From assembly GCA_046327745.1 (NCBI GenBank), contig JAXLXV010000030.1, positions 8,469-72,468 on the forward strand: a stretch of 64,000 nt of DNA, in the 5' to 3' direction. This DNA comes from Gemmatimonadaceae bacterium (GTDB taxonomy: Bacteria > Gemmatimonadota > Gemmatimonadetes > Gemmatimonadales > Gemmatimonadaceae). This document shows, one piece after another, positions 1-7,809 of this stretch. Each line of letters starts with the position of its first letter. The first letter of the stretch is position 1. The notes under the pieces were generated by a model. The model saw only the letters and a program-made list of their open reading frames with translations, had not been told where the DNA came from and searched no databases. Both the position numbers and the translations under genes were made by a program.

Positions 1-305
1 ACGCTGCCGACGCGATGAGTGATACGGGGAGCATCACGATTCGTACGCGCCGTGGCGCATCGCCCAGCGAGGCCATCGTCGCTGAAGTCATCGACGAAGG
101 CCCGGGCATTCCGCGCACGGAACTCCCGAAGATCTTTGAGCCGTTCTACACCACCAAGCCCCCTGGCCGCGGCACGGGACTCGGATTGTCCATTTGCTAC
201 GGGATTGTCAGCGAACACGGTGGTCGCATCGAGGTCGACAGCGCAGTGGGCGCAGGCAGCACGTTCCGCATCCTGCTCCCGGTGGCTGGAGACAAGCCCG
301 CATGA
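1..305 (+). CDS. sensor histidine kinase, C-terminal fragment (HATPase_c domain; 5' end lies outside the window)
   Basis: The frame is open from the window edge. The translation VIDEGPGIP...FEPFYTTKPPGRGTGLGLSICYGIV..HGGRI shows the G1/F/G2 ATP-lid boxes. The stop TGA at 303-305 overlaps the next start (ATGA). Confidence 0.85.
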   Translation, partial: AADAMSDTGSITIRTRRGASPSEAIVAEVIDEGPGIPRTELPKIFEPFYTTKPPGRGTGLGLSICYGIVSEHGGRIEVDSAVGAGSTFRILLPVAGDKPA

Positions 306-1663
306 ACGGCTCCCCGCGCATAAAGGTGCTGCTGGCGGAAGACGAACAGCACCTGAGCGCCGTACTCCGCGACTTCCTGGAGTCGCGTGGCTTTTCCGTG
401 ACCGTCACCCACGATGGCGCGGCCGCGTTGCAAGCCATGCGGCTCGAATAGTTCGACGTGGCGCTGGTCGATATCGTCATGCCAGAATTGGACGGTCTCG
501 AGGTCCTACGTGCCTTACGCGATGAGCCCTCGCCACCTGAGGTCATCATCATCACGGGCAACGGGACAATCGAAACAGCCATCACGGCCATGAAGCTGGG
601 CGCCTTCGACTATCTGTCCAAGCCGTACCGCATGGCAGAAATCGAGGTACTGGTGCGCCGCGCGTACGAACGCCGTTCGTTGACGCGAGAGAACGCGCTG
701 CTCCACACGCGGCTCGCTCGCGTCGATCCTCTGCCAGACATCGTCACGAAACACGAGTCCATGCGCTCGGTGCTCGACCTGGTGAGCCGTGTGGCCAAGA
801 GCGACTCTCCGGTGTTGATCACCGGCGAATCCGGCACCGGGAAGGAACTGATCGCCCGCGCGCTACACTATGGTTCCGAACGCGGGGCTGGTCCGTTGGT
901 CGACATCAACTGCGCGGCCATCGGTGGATCAAGCGTCGAATACGAGTTGTTCGGACACGAAGTCGGTGCATTCCCGGGCGCGTCGACGGCGCGCACGGGG
1001 CTGCTCGAGTTGGCCGCTGGCGGAACGCTGTTCATGGACGAGATCTGCGGCTTGGAAGAACGGTTGCAGGGCGCGCTGCTTCGCGCGCTGGAGCAGCGGA
1101 CGTTCATGCGCGTTGGCGGCCGGCAAAAGGTCGAACTGAATGCGCGCATCGTGGCGGCGACCAACCGCGATATCTCGCGACTCGCCAGCGAAGGGGTGTT
1201 CCGGGCCGATCTCTTTTACCGGATCAACACCATCAGTATCGCACTGCCACCGCTCCGGGAACGCCCGGCCGATATCCCTGTGCTGGCCGAGTACTTTCTG
1301 AAGCGCTTGGGTGGCGCGAATCCGCCGCAGCTCAGCGATGATGCCGTTCGCGTTATGCAGCGATACCGCTGGCCAGGGAATGTCCGCGAACTTCGGAACG
1401 TCATCGAACGCGCCGTGCTGCTGGCACACGACGGCGTGATCGAGCCGCGCGACTTGCCCTTGCAAGACGCCGGAAACGGGGTCGCCCCGCTCAACGGGAC
1501 GAATGGACACAAGGCACTGCTCGACGTGGAACGCGCGCATATTCTTGGCGTCCTTCAACAGGTCAGTTGGCACCAGGGTCGCGCCGCGTCGATCCTCGGG
1601 ATATCCTCAAAGACCTTGTATCGCAAAATTCGCGAATACGGATTTCAGCGTCCCGCTACCTAG
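302..1663 (+). pseudogene. sigma-54-dependent (NtrC-family) response regulator interrupted by an in-frame TAG at 449-451
   Basis: ATG 302 and ORF 458..1663 share one frame, separated only by the TAG at 449-451 (..AMRLE*FDVALVDIVMPELDG..). The receiver domain (KVLLAEDE, phospho-acceptor D in VALVD), AAA+ Walker A (GESGTGKE) and C-terminal Fis-type HTH (ILGISSKTLYRKIREYG) are all present. Alternatively only 458..1663 is translated from GTG. Confidence 0.75.
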
Positions 1664-1675
1664 ACAGCGTTCCCC

Positions 1676-2344
1676 ATGAAGGTCCTCGTCATTGAGGATG
1701 ACCCGACGGTCGGCAATTTCGTAAAGCGCGGCCTGGAGGAACAACGCTGGCGCGTGCAGCTCACGGCCGACGGCGAGGAAGGGGAGAGGCTGGCGGGCTC
1801 TGAGACGTACGATGTCGTCATCCTCGACATGCGCTTACCGGGGAAGTCAGGACTGGAAGTCCTGGAGTCCCTGCGCGCCAAAGGGTTTGAAAAGCCGGTG
1901 TTGGTGCTGACGGCACAGGATGCTGTCGACGCCAAGGTCAAGACCCTGCGCGCCGGCGCGGACGACTACGTCACCAAGCCTTTCGCCTTCGAGGAACTGC
2001 TGGCACGGGTCGAAGCCCTCGCCAGGCGCCCCAGGGCCATGGCCTCTCCGGTCGTCCGCGTGGCCGATCTCGAGCTGAATCGTGACACGCGCGAAGTCAG
2101 TCGCGGCGGAGAGGTCATTGACCTCACGCCCAAGGAATACGCCGTGCTCGAGTACCTCATGCGACACGTGGGCCGCGTCATGAGCCGCACCTTGATCACT
2201 GAATACGCGTGGGGATACCACTTCGACCCCGGCACCAACATCGTGGATGTGGTGATTAACCACCTGCGCAAGAAGATCGACGCCAAACACGACAAGAAGC
2301 TGATCACCACCGTTCGAGGTGTTGGGTACGTCGTGAAGGCGTAG
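1676..2344 (+). CDS. OmpR/PhoB-family response regulator (receiver plus winged-helix domain)
   Basis: The 222-aa product has MKVLVIEDD..DVVILDMRLPG..LVLTA..DDYVTKPF and a C-terminal trans_reg_C-like region (LTPKEYAVLEYL..VRGVGY). Confidence 0.92.
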   Translation: MKVLVIEDDPTVGNFVKRGLEEQRWRVQLTADGEEGERLAGSETYDVVILDMRLPGKSGLEVLESLRAKGFEKPVLVLTAQDAVDAKVKTLRAGADDYVTKPFAFEELLARVEALARRPRAMASPVVRVADLELNRDTREVSRGGEVIDLTPKEYAVLEYLMRHVGRVMSRTLITEYAWGYHFDPGTNIVDVVINHLRKKIDAKHDKKLITTVRGVGYVVKA

Positions 2345-2430
2345 CTCCGGAGTCCGGCGGTGGCGTCCCCGGAATCCCCGGGGCATCATTCGGGTAGCGA
2401 CGTGGAGAATTTGCGCCCGCCGACCGCCCT

Positions 2431-3918
2431 ATGGCTTCGATCCGCTCAAGACTCACCTGGTCGTACACGCTGGCTCTCATGGCCACCTTGCTGCTTTTCT
2501 CGGCGGCAATTCTGGTGGTCCAACGCGCCTCTGTGATGCGTGAGCTGACGATGAGCGCGGAGACCTTTGCTAACCTCGGCGTCCAGATCCTGCGCGAGGC
2601 CAGCACCGCCGGCGAGAACGTCGTCGTGACGTCCGATTCCCTGGTCGGCCCGGTCCTGAATCCGCGGTGGCGCAGCCGCTTGGACGTCTTGCCGGCCTAC
2701 GTGATCGTGCTGGATCGCAACAGTCGTCGCGTCTATCAGTCGCTCCTTGTTCGCCAACTCCCCGTGGGTGAGGCGGCCGTCCTCGACGATGCACTGGCGA
2801 GTCTGGAGCGCTCGTCGTCCACCGTGTTCAAGACCAACAGCGACGAGATCGTTCTGGTCCGGCGCGCGGACCCCGATCCCCGGTACTCGGCATTCCGGGT
2901 GGTTGTCGGCCTGGGTCGCTCAGAGAGTGATACGGCGACATGGGAGCTGATTGGGACGGTGGCGTTGATGCTGCCACTACTGGTCGCGTTCTCAGTGTTC
3001 GCCGCGTATGTAATCGCCGGCGGGGCCGTCCGCCCCATCGACAAGATTCGCTCTGAAGTTGAGGCCATCACAGACGGCCGCAGTCTTCATCGTCGGTTGG
3101 CGATTGAGCCCGGCGGAGATGAGCTGGCTCGCCTGACGCACACGCTCAACGACATGATTGGCCGTTTGGAGACCTCGTTCGGGGCGCTGCGACGATTTAC
3201 CGCCGACGCGTCGCACGAGCTCAAGACCCCGCTCACCGTCTTGCGTGCCGACGTGGAAAGGGCAATGCACGCGCCAACCCACAGCAACGACCAGCTGGTC
3301 GCCTTGGAGGAGGCGCTGCAGGAGACCACGCGCATGGCCGACTTGGTTGAAAGCCTGCTGACGCTGGCGCGCGCTGACGAGGGCAGGTTTGACCTGCACC
3401 GCGAGGTGGTGCCCTTGGAGCCGTTGGCTCGGGAGGTCATGGAGACAGCGGTCATCCTTGGCGAGGACGCCGGGCTGCAGGTCTCCATGCCGGTCGTGCA
3501 GCCCGTCGTGGTACTCGGTGACCGAACTCGACTGCGGCAGTTGTTCCTGAACCTGGTGACGAACGCCATCAAGTACACGCCGCGCGGCGGAGAGGTGGAG
3601 CTGTCGCTCGCCCGAAACGACGATCAGGCGGTGTTTAGCGTGAGGGATACGGGAATCGGGATTGCAGCTGCGGACCTTCCGTTCATCTTCGAACGCTTCT
3701 GGCGTGCGGACCGCGTGCGCTCACGAGCGGCGGAGCGGGGCGGTTTCGGTCTGGGTTTGGCAATTTCGCAGTGGATTGCGCAGGCGCATGGTGGAACGTT
3801 GACGCTGCAATCTCGACTGAATCGTGGGTCCACTTTCACCGTCACGCTCCCGCTGGCGGCGGATGACGTCACGGATGAGAGCGTTGAGGCTGACGCGCTC
3901 ACGCGTGTGGCGGACTAG
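2431..3918 (+). CDS. membrane sensor histidine kinase (two TM segments, HAMP, HisKA, HATPase_c), partner of the OmpR-type regulator
   Basis: The 495-aa product has the H-box FTADASHELKTPLT, the N-box LVTNAIKYTP, and G-boxes DTGIGI / GGFGLGLAI. Confidence 0.9.
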   Translation: MASIRSRLTWSYTLALMATLLLFSAAILVVQRASVMRELTMSAETFANLGVQILREASTAGENVVVTSDSLVGPVLNPRWRSRLDVLPAYVIVLDRNSRRVYQSLLVRQLPVGEAAVLDDALASLERSSSTVFKTNSDEIVLVRRADPDPRYSAFRVVVGLGRSESDTATWELIGTVALMLPLLVAFSVFAAYVIAGGAVRPIDKIRSEVEAITDGRSLHRRLAIEPGGDELARLTHTLNDMIGRLETSFGALRRFTADASHELKTPLTVLRADVERAMHAPTHSNDQLVALEEALQETTRMADLVESLLTLARADEGRFDLHREVVPLEPLAREVMETAVILGEDAGLQVSMPVVQPVVVLGDRTRLRQLFLNLVTNAIKYTPRGGEVELSLARNDDQAVFSVRDTGIGIAAADLPFIFERFWRADRVRSRAAERGGFGLGLAISQWIAQAHGGTLTLQSRLNRGSTFTVTLPLAADDVTDESVEADALTRVAD

Positions 3919-4241
3919 GCCTGGGCGAAGGTGGGGACGTCACCGTAATGATTGGGAGCAGGCACCTCCGCGGGATTTCATGCGATGGACTCGTTATTCC
4001 ATGCAAATTCTGTCGTGAAAAAGCGTCATTCTTGATTGGAAAAACCGCCAAGTAGAGTTGCGCTAAGACGCTGCAAAATGAAGATGGCGTCTCGTATGAA
4101 TCCCCATGTCTCATGTCGATTGGTCGGTTTCTGGCTTCAGCTGAACTAAAACCGTAACAAGTTCTTCATTGATTCTTAACAATGTTACCTCCATTCCGGC
4201 TTAAAGCCACGAGCTGTAGAATCGTCGCAGGTTCGCTGAGG

Positions 4242-4966
4242 GTGCCGGAGTCTCAACCAAGCGGTCGAGGGTCAAAGGTTAACAACCTGCTCGAATCAAA
4301 GAAGAAGAAGCAGAAGACGTTAGGCGGTACGCCTTCAGCTTCATCGCACACGGCACGCCATCCTGCTGGCCGTGATCGCCACCGCCTGGCCTGCGCAGGA
4401 GTCGCGTAAGCCGAAAGAAAAGTTGACTTCGTCGGCGCCGAAAGAGGAAGTGAAGCCGAAGGAGCCGGAACCACCACTGGTTCAGCAGGCGGCACCCTGC
4501 CGCCGAAAGGCTTCCAAACGCTTACCGCGCCGATCGAAATTCCTGACGTGCTGCCGGACATCGACCTCACCCGCAAGGTGACGGACGAAGCCGACTTCAC
4601 CGGGAAAGCTCCAGGGCGGTATTGCGAAGGGTGTCGAGAAGAAGGTCGAAGGCGGTGAAGGAAGACCAGGCGTATTTCGAGTTCCAGGTCGAAAAGCCCG
4701 TCGTTCCGGCGCCAGGATCTTTCAGCCGCGCTATCCGGACATTCCGGCAGGCCGCGTCGAGGTGGCGAAGTGCTCGCCCAGTTCGTGGTCGACACCACCG
4801 GTCGCGCCGAGACAGGGTCGTTCAAGGTCCTCCAGCTCGTCGCACGACCTCTTCGCGCAAGCCGTGAAGTCCGCTCTTCCAGGTATGCGCTTCATTCCCG
4901 CCAGGCCGGTGAAAGCGGGTGAAGTAGCTCGTCCAGCAGCCGTTCACGTTCGCCATCACCAAGTAG
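4242..4966 (+). pseudogene. TonB-family energy transducer, decayed copy (multiple frameshifts plus an internal TAG)
   Basis: TonB-like segments are scattered over all three + frames. They are NNLLESKKKKQKTLGG (frame 0), FSFIAHGT (frame 2), ILLAVIATAW..KEEVKPKEPEPP (frame 1), LPPKGFQTLTAPIEIPDV (frame 0), EDQAYFEFQVEKPVVPAPGS (frame 2), GGEVLAQFVVDTTGRAETGSFKVLQ (frame 0), SSHDLFAQAVKSALPGMRFIPA (frame 1) and KRVK*LVQQPFTFAITK* (frame 2, TAG at 4925-4927). No single ORF spans it. Confidence 0.7.
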
Positions 4967-5001
4967 TAGCGTCTCACTCTTCACCGCGGAGCACGTTTCT
5001 T

Positions 5002-5739
5002 ATGAATCTCGATCTTGCCGAGATTTGGGAAAAAACCCCCAAGTTTGGAAAGTTCCTGTGGTTCGTCCTCGCGTTCATGTCGATCTGGTCGCTCTCGACC
5101 GCTATCGGCAAGTGGTGGAGCCTGCGCAAGGCTCAGGGCGAGACGATCAAGTTCGCCCCCGAGTTCTCGCAGTTCCTCGAAGAGGACAACCTCACCGAAG
5201 CCATCAACCTCGCTGAGCGCTACAAGAAGTCTCACGTCGCCCGCGTCCTTGGTGGCGCGTTGGCCGAAGTGAAGCCGCTCATCATGGATGGTTCGGTCAC
5301 GGTCTCGGACATCAACACGGCCGAGCGTGCGGTTGAGCGCGAAATGCTGATGGAAATCGTTCAGCTGAAGCGCGGTCTGTCGATTCTGGCCACTGTCGGC
5401 GCCACGGCGCCGTTCGTCGGTCTGCTCGGCACGGTGTTCGGCATCATCAACGCCTTCACGGGCATGGCCAAGTCTGGCGGCGCTGGTATCGCCGCGATTT
5501 CGGCTGGTATCGCTGAAGCACTGATCGCCACGGGGTTCGGCCTCATCGTCGCCATCCCGGCCGTGTGGTTCTACAACTACTTCACGACCAAGATCGACAA
5601 CCTCACCGCGGAAATGACCTACACCTCGAAGGAGATGATCGACTATCTCATCAAGGGTGTGTCGGGTGAGTTCGGCCGTTCGCGCTTCACCCGCGAGTTC
5701 AATACGCAGGTGCAGGGCGGTAACCCGGTTTCCCAGTAG
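5002..5739 (+). CDS. exbB: MotA/TolQ/ExbB proton-channel protein
   Basis: The internal ATG at 5002 of ORF 4762..5739 gives MNLDLAEIWEKTPKFGKFLW... The conserved ATVGATAPFVGLLGTVFGIINAF and AEALIATGFGLIVAIPAV motifs are present. Confidence 0.9.
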   Translation: MNLDLAEIWEKTPKFGKFLWFVLAFMSIWSLSTAIGKWWSLRKAQGETIKFAPEFSQFLEEDNLTEAINLAERYKKSHVARVLGGALAEVKPLIMDGSVTVSDINTAERAVEREMLMEIVQLKRGLSILATVGATAPFVGLLGTVFGIINAFTGMAKSGGAGIAAISAGIAEALIATGFGLIVAIPAVWFYNYFTTKIDNLTAEMTYTSKEMIDYLIKGVSGEFGRSRFTREFNTQVQGGNPVSQ

Positions 5740-5772
5740 TCGGCAGCCCAACCCCGATAGGAGGGCTTTCCG

Positions 5773-6234
5773 ATGGGAATGGCAGTTGGCACGGGCGGCG
5801 TTAAGGCCGAGCCTAACGTCGTACCAATGATCGACGTCATGCTGGTGTTGCTCATCATCTTCATGGTGGTGACACCAGCCCTCGCGGCGGGCTTCACGGC
5901 TACTCCCCCTCAGGGAATCAACCTGAAGACGCACCCCGAGGAAGATTCCGACCAGATCCTCGGCATCGACGTCAATGGTAAGTACTTCATGAACAAGGTC
6001 GAAGTCGGTAAGGACACGCTCGACAAGGTCATCAAGGCGATCTACGACGCGCGCTCCATCGACAAGATCTTGTACGTCAAGGCGGACAAGGACCTTCCGT
6101 ACTCCGCCGTGCTCGACGCCATGGATATCGCGTCGAAGAACGGTGTCCGCGTAGTCGGTGCGATCTCGGAGCAACAACCCGGTACCAAGTCCACGGTGCC
6201 AGGCGACGCTCCCGACATGACCAAAAAGAAGTAA
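5773..6234 (+). CDS. exbD: biopolymer transport protein ExbD/TolR
   Basis: The 153-aa product has EPNVVPMIDVMLVLLIIFMV followed by a periplasmic domain. An AGGAGGG Shine-Dalgarno sequence lies upstream. Confidence 0.9.
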   Translation: MGMAVGTGGVKAEPNVVPMIDVMLVLLIIFMVVTPALAAGFTATPPQGINLKTHPEEDSDQILGIDVNGKYFMNKVEVGKDTLDKVIKAIYDARSIDKILYVKADKDLPYSAVLDAMDIASKNGVRVVGAISEQQPGTKSTVPGDAPDMTKKK

Positions 6235-6252
6235 CGAGCCAGAGGAGACCGC

Positions 6253-6684
6253 ATGGCTGGAATGGCAGGTGGGGCCGAAGGCCTACGAAACGAACCAAAC
6301 GTCGTTCCGATGATCGACGTGCTCCTCGTGCTCCTGATCATCTTCATGATGATCATTCCATTGTCGCGCGTGGCGATTGACCTGCAGCTTCCTGATCCGA
6401 AGCCGTCGGACGAGCCGCCTCCGCCCAATGCGAATCAGATCGTGCTTGAAGTCCTTCCTGGCGGCCAGTTCGCCGTCAACAAGGAAGCGATTCCAAAGGA
6501 ACGTCTGGGTGCTCGGTTAAAGGAGATCTACGATCCGCGTCCCGAGAAGATCATCTTCTTGAAGGGTGATCCCACGGTGAAGTATCAGGACGTGATTTGG
6601 TCCATGGACGTTGCACGTGGTGCTGGCGTGAAGGTCATCGGCGTTCCGCCGAAGGATGCCGGAGCTCCAGCGCCGTCCAAGTAA
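6253..6684 (+). CDS. exbD: biopolymer transport protein ExbD/TolR (second paralogue)
   Basis: The 143-aa product has EPNVVPMIDVLLVLLIIFMM. A GAGGAG Shine-Dalgarno sequence lies upstream. Confidence 0.9.
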   Translation: MAGMAGGAEGLRNEPNVVPMIDVLLVLLIIFMMIIPLSRVAIDLQLPDPKPSDEPPPPNANQIVLEVLPGGQFAVNKEAIPKERLGARLKEIYDPRPEKIIFLKGDPTVKYQDVIWSMDVARGAGVKVIGVPPKDAGAPAPSK

Positions 6685-6715
6685 GGGTTACGGCAGCAGA
6701 GAAGGGTTGTCTCAT

Positions 6716-6756
6716 ACGGCGGGTGAACCCAAACGGCTCACCCGCCGTATTAGTTT
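6716..6756 (+). terminator. perfect 11-bp stem-loop between exbD2 and the downstream tonB-like gene (possible terminator or attenuator)
   Basis: ACGGCGGGTGA (6716-6726) pairs with TCACCCGCCGT (6738-6748) around an 11-nt loop, followed by ATTAGTTTCC. Confidence 0.4.
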
Positions 6757-6810
6757 CCGCAGACAGCGCCTTCAGAATCCGTCGACTTCACCGCGCCGAA
6801 AACCCGCCGC

Positions 6811-7686
6811 ATGCACTTCGAAGAAAGCTCAGCCGATTCCCGAATCGTGCCGGCCGCGCAGACGGAGCGGGAGCGCCGTCCTTATCGGCCCCCGATCGGC
6901 ATTCCCGGCCATCCGGAACCGAAGGCGCAGGCGACCGTTGCCTCGTTCCTGCTGCACGGGCTGCTGATTCTCCTGGTGCTGGCACCCACCCTGTTTGTGA
7001 GCTCGCAGCTCTTCGACGTTCAGAACAAGGGAGCTGGGGGCTTGGGTCCCGCCGGTGGCGGGGGTGGGGGAAACCGTGGGACCGGCGGAGACAACGGAAC
7101 CAGTTACGTGCACGAAGGGCTGCGCTACGTTCGTTTGACCAAGACGGAGCCAGCAGAAAAGAAGGAGGACAAGATCAAGCCTCCAGTTGAGAAGAAAAAA
7201 GAACCCGAGCCGCCCAAACCACCTCCTCCGCCAGAGCCGCAGAAGCAAGCAGCGAGCGCTGACTCGGCGGCGGCACGAGAGGCGGGGCCGGTTGGGGGAG
7301 TTGGCGGAGGAACGGGGAAAGACGGCAGTGCGGGAAGCGGGTCTGGGAGTGGCGGGGGAGTGGGATCTGGTGTGGGGACAGGGCGGGGGTCCGGGAATGG
7401 TCCCGGCACCGGAGGTGGGACTGACGAGGTGTTTCCGCCGACGGTGATCTCCATGCAGCTACTCCCACTACCTGTGCCGTCCAAAGTGCGGCCGTATACC
7501 ATGGTCGCGTACTTCGAGGTCGATACGACCGGGGAGGCGCGGCTTCTTTCGTTTAATCCGTCAAAGGACGGAGGCTACAACAAGCGCATTCGGGAGATGT
7601 TGATGGAAATGCGCTTCCGTCCAGCGGTGCGCGGGAACGGGGTACCGGTCAAAGACACGGCGGTGGTGACGGCCGAAGCGCGCTAA
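6811..7686 (+). CDS. TonB-like energy transducer with Lys/Pro-rich and Gly-rich linkers
   Basis: The 291-aa product has one N-terminal TM segment (ATVASFLLHGLLILLVLAP), a KKEDKIKPPVEKKKEPEPPKPPPPPEP linker, and a C-terminal TonB-like fold (VAYFEVDTTGEARLLSF...MRFRPAVRNGVPV). Confidence 0.7.
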   Translation: MHFEESSADSRIVPAAQTERERRPYRPPIGIPGHPEPKAQATVASFLLHGLLILLVLAPTLFVSSQLFDVQNKGAGGLGPAGGGGGGNRGTGGDNGTSYVHEGLRYVRLTKTEPAEKKEDKIKPPVEKKKEPEPPKPPPPPEPQKQAASADSAAAREAGPVGGVGGGTGKDGSAGSGSGSGGGVGSGVGTGRGSGNGPGTGGGTDEVFPPTVISMQLLPLPVPSKVRPYTMVAYFEVDTTGEARLLSFNPSKDGGYNKRIREMLMEMRFRPAVRGNGVPVKDTAVVTAEAR

Positions 7687-7721
7687 TCGAGCTATCATAT
7701 TTTCGGCACTGGCTTTAGGAC

Positions 7722-7752
7722 GGCGGCAAGGGTATCTTGACGCCGGTTTTTT
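7722..7752 (+). terminator. rho-independent terminator after the tonB-like gene
   Basis: GGCGGCAAG / CTTGACGCC forms a stem with one mismatch and a 5-nt loop, followed by GGTTTTTT. Confidence 0.6.
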
Positions 7753-7809
7753 GCGCCCTAGCTGCGCCCGAATACCCCCTCGGGAGCTCCCCCAGCAACC
7801 CCGTCCTGC

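Noticed and set aside
449-451. Possible genetic-code reassignment or pyrrolysine at the in-frame TAG
   Set aside because: TAG terminates many well-defined genes here, for example at 1661, 2342, 3916, 5737, 30101, 38389, 40645, 50007, 53899 and 57241. No other intact gene has an internal TAG.
4100-4160. Possible sigma-54 (-24/-12) promoter near TGGCTTCAGCTGAAC
   Set aside because: The GG and GC elements are not at the required 10-nt spacing, so it does not fit the TGGCAC-N5-TTGC consensus.
4981-6177. 398-aa minus-strand ORF opposite exbB/exbD
   Set aside because: It is antisense to genes with clear family signatures. The product is Arg/Asp/His-rich low-complexity sequence, typical of shadow ORFs in GC-rich DNA.
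7020-7430. Repetitive GGN-rich DNA that looked like a tandem repeat
   Set aside because: It is in-frame Gly-rich coding sequence of the tonB-like gene, without a fixed repeat unit or spacers. It is neither a CRISPR array nor a VNTR.
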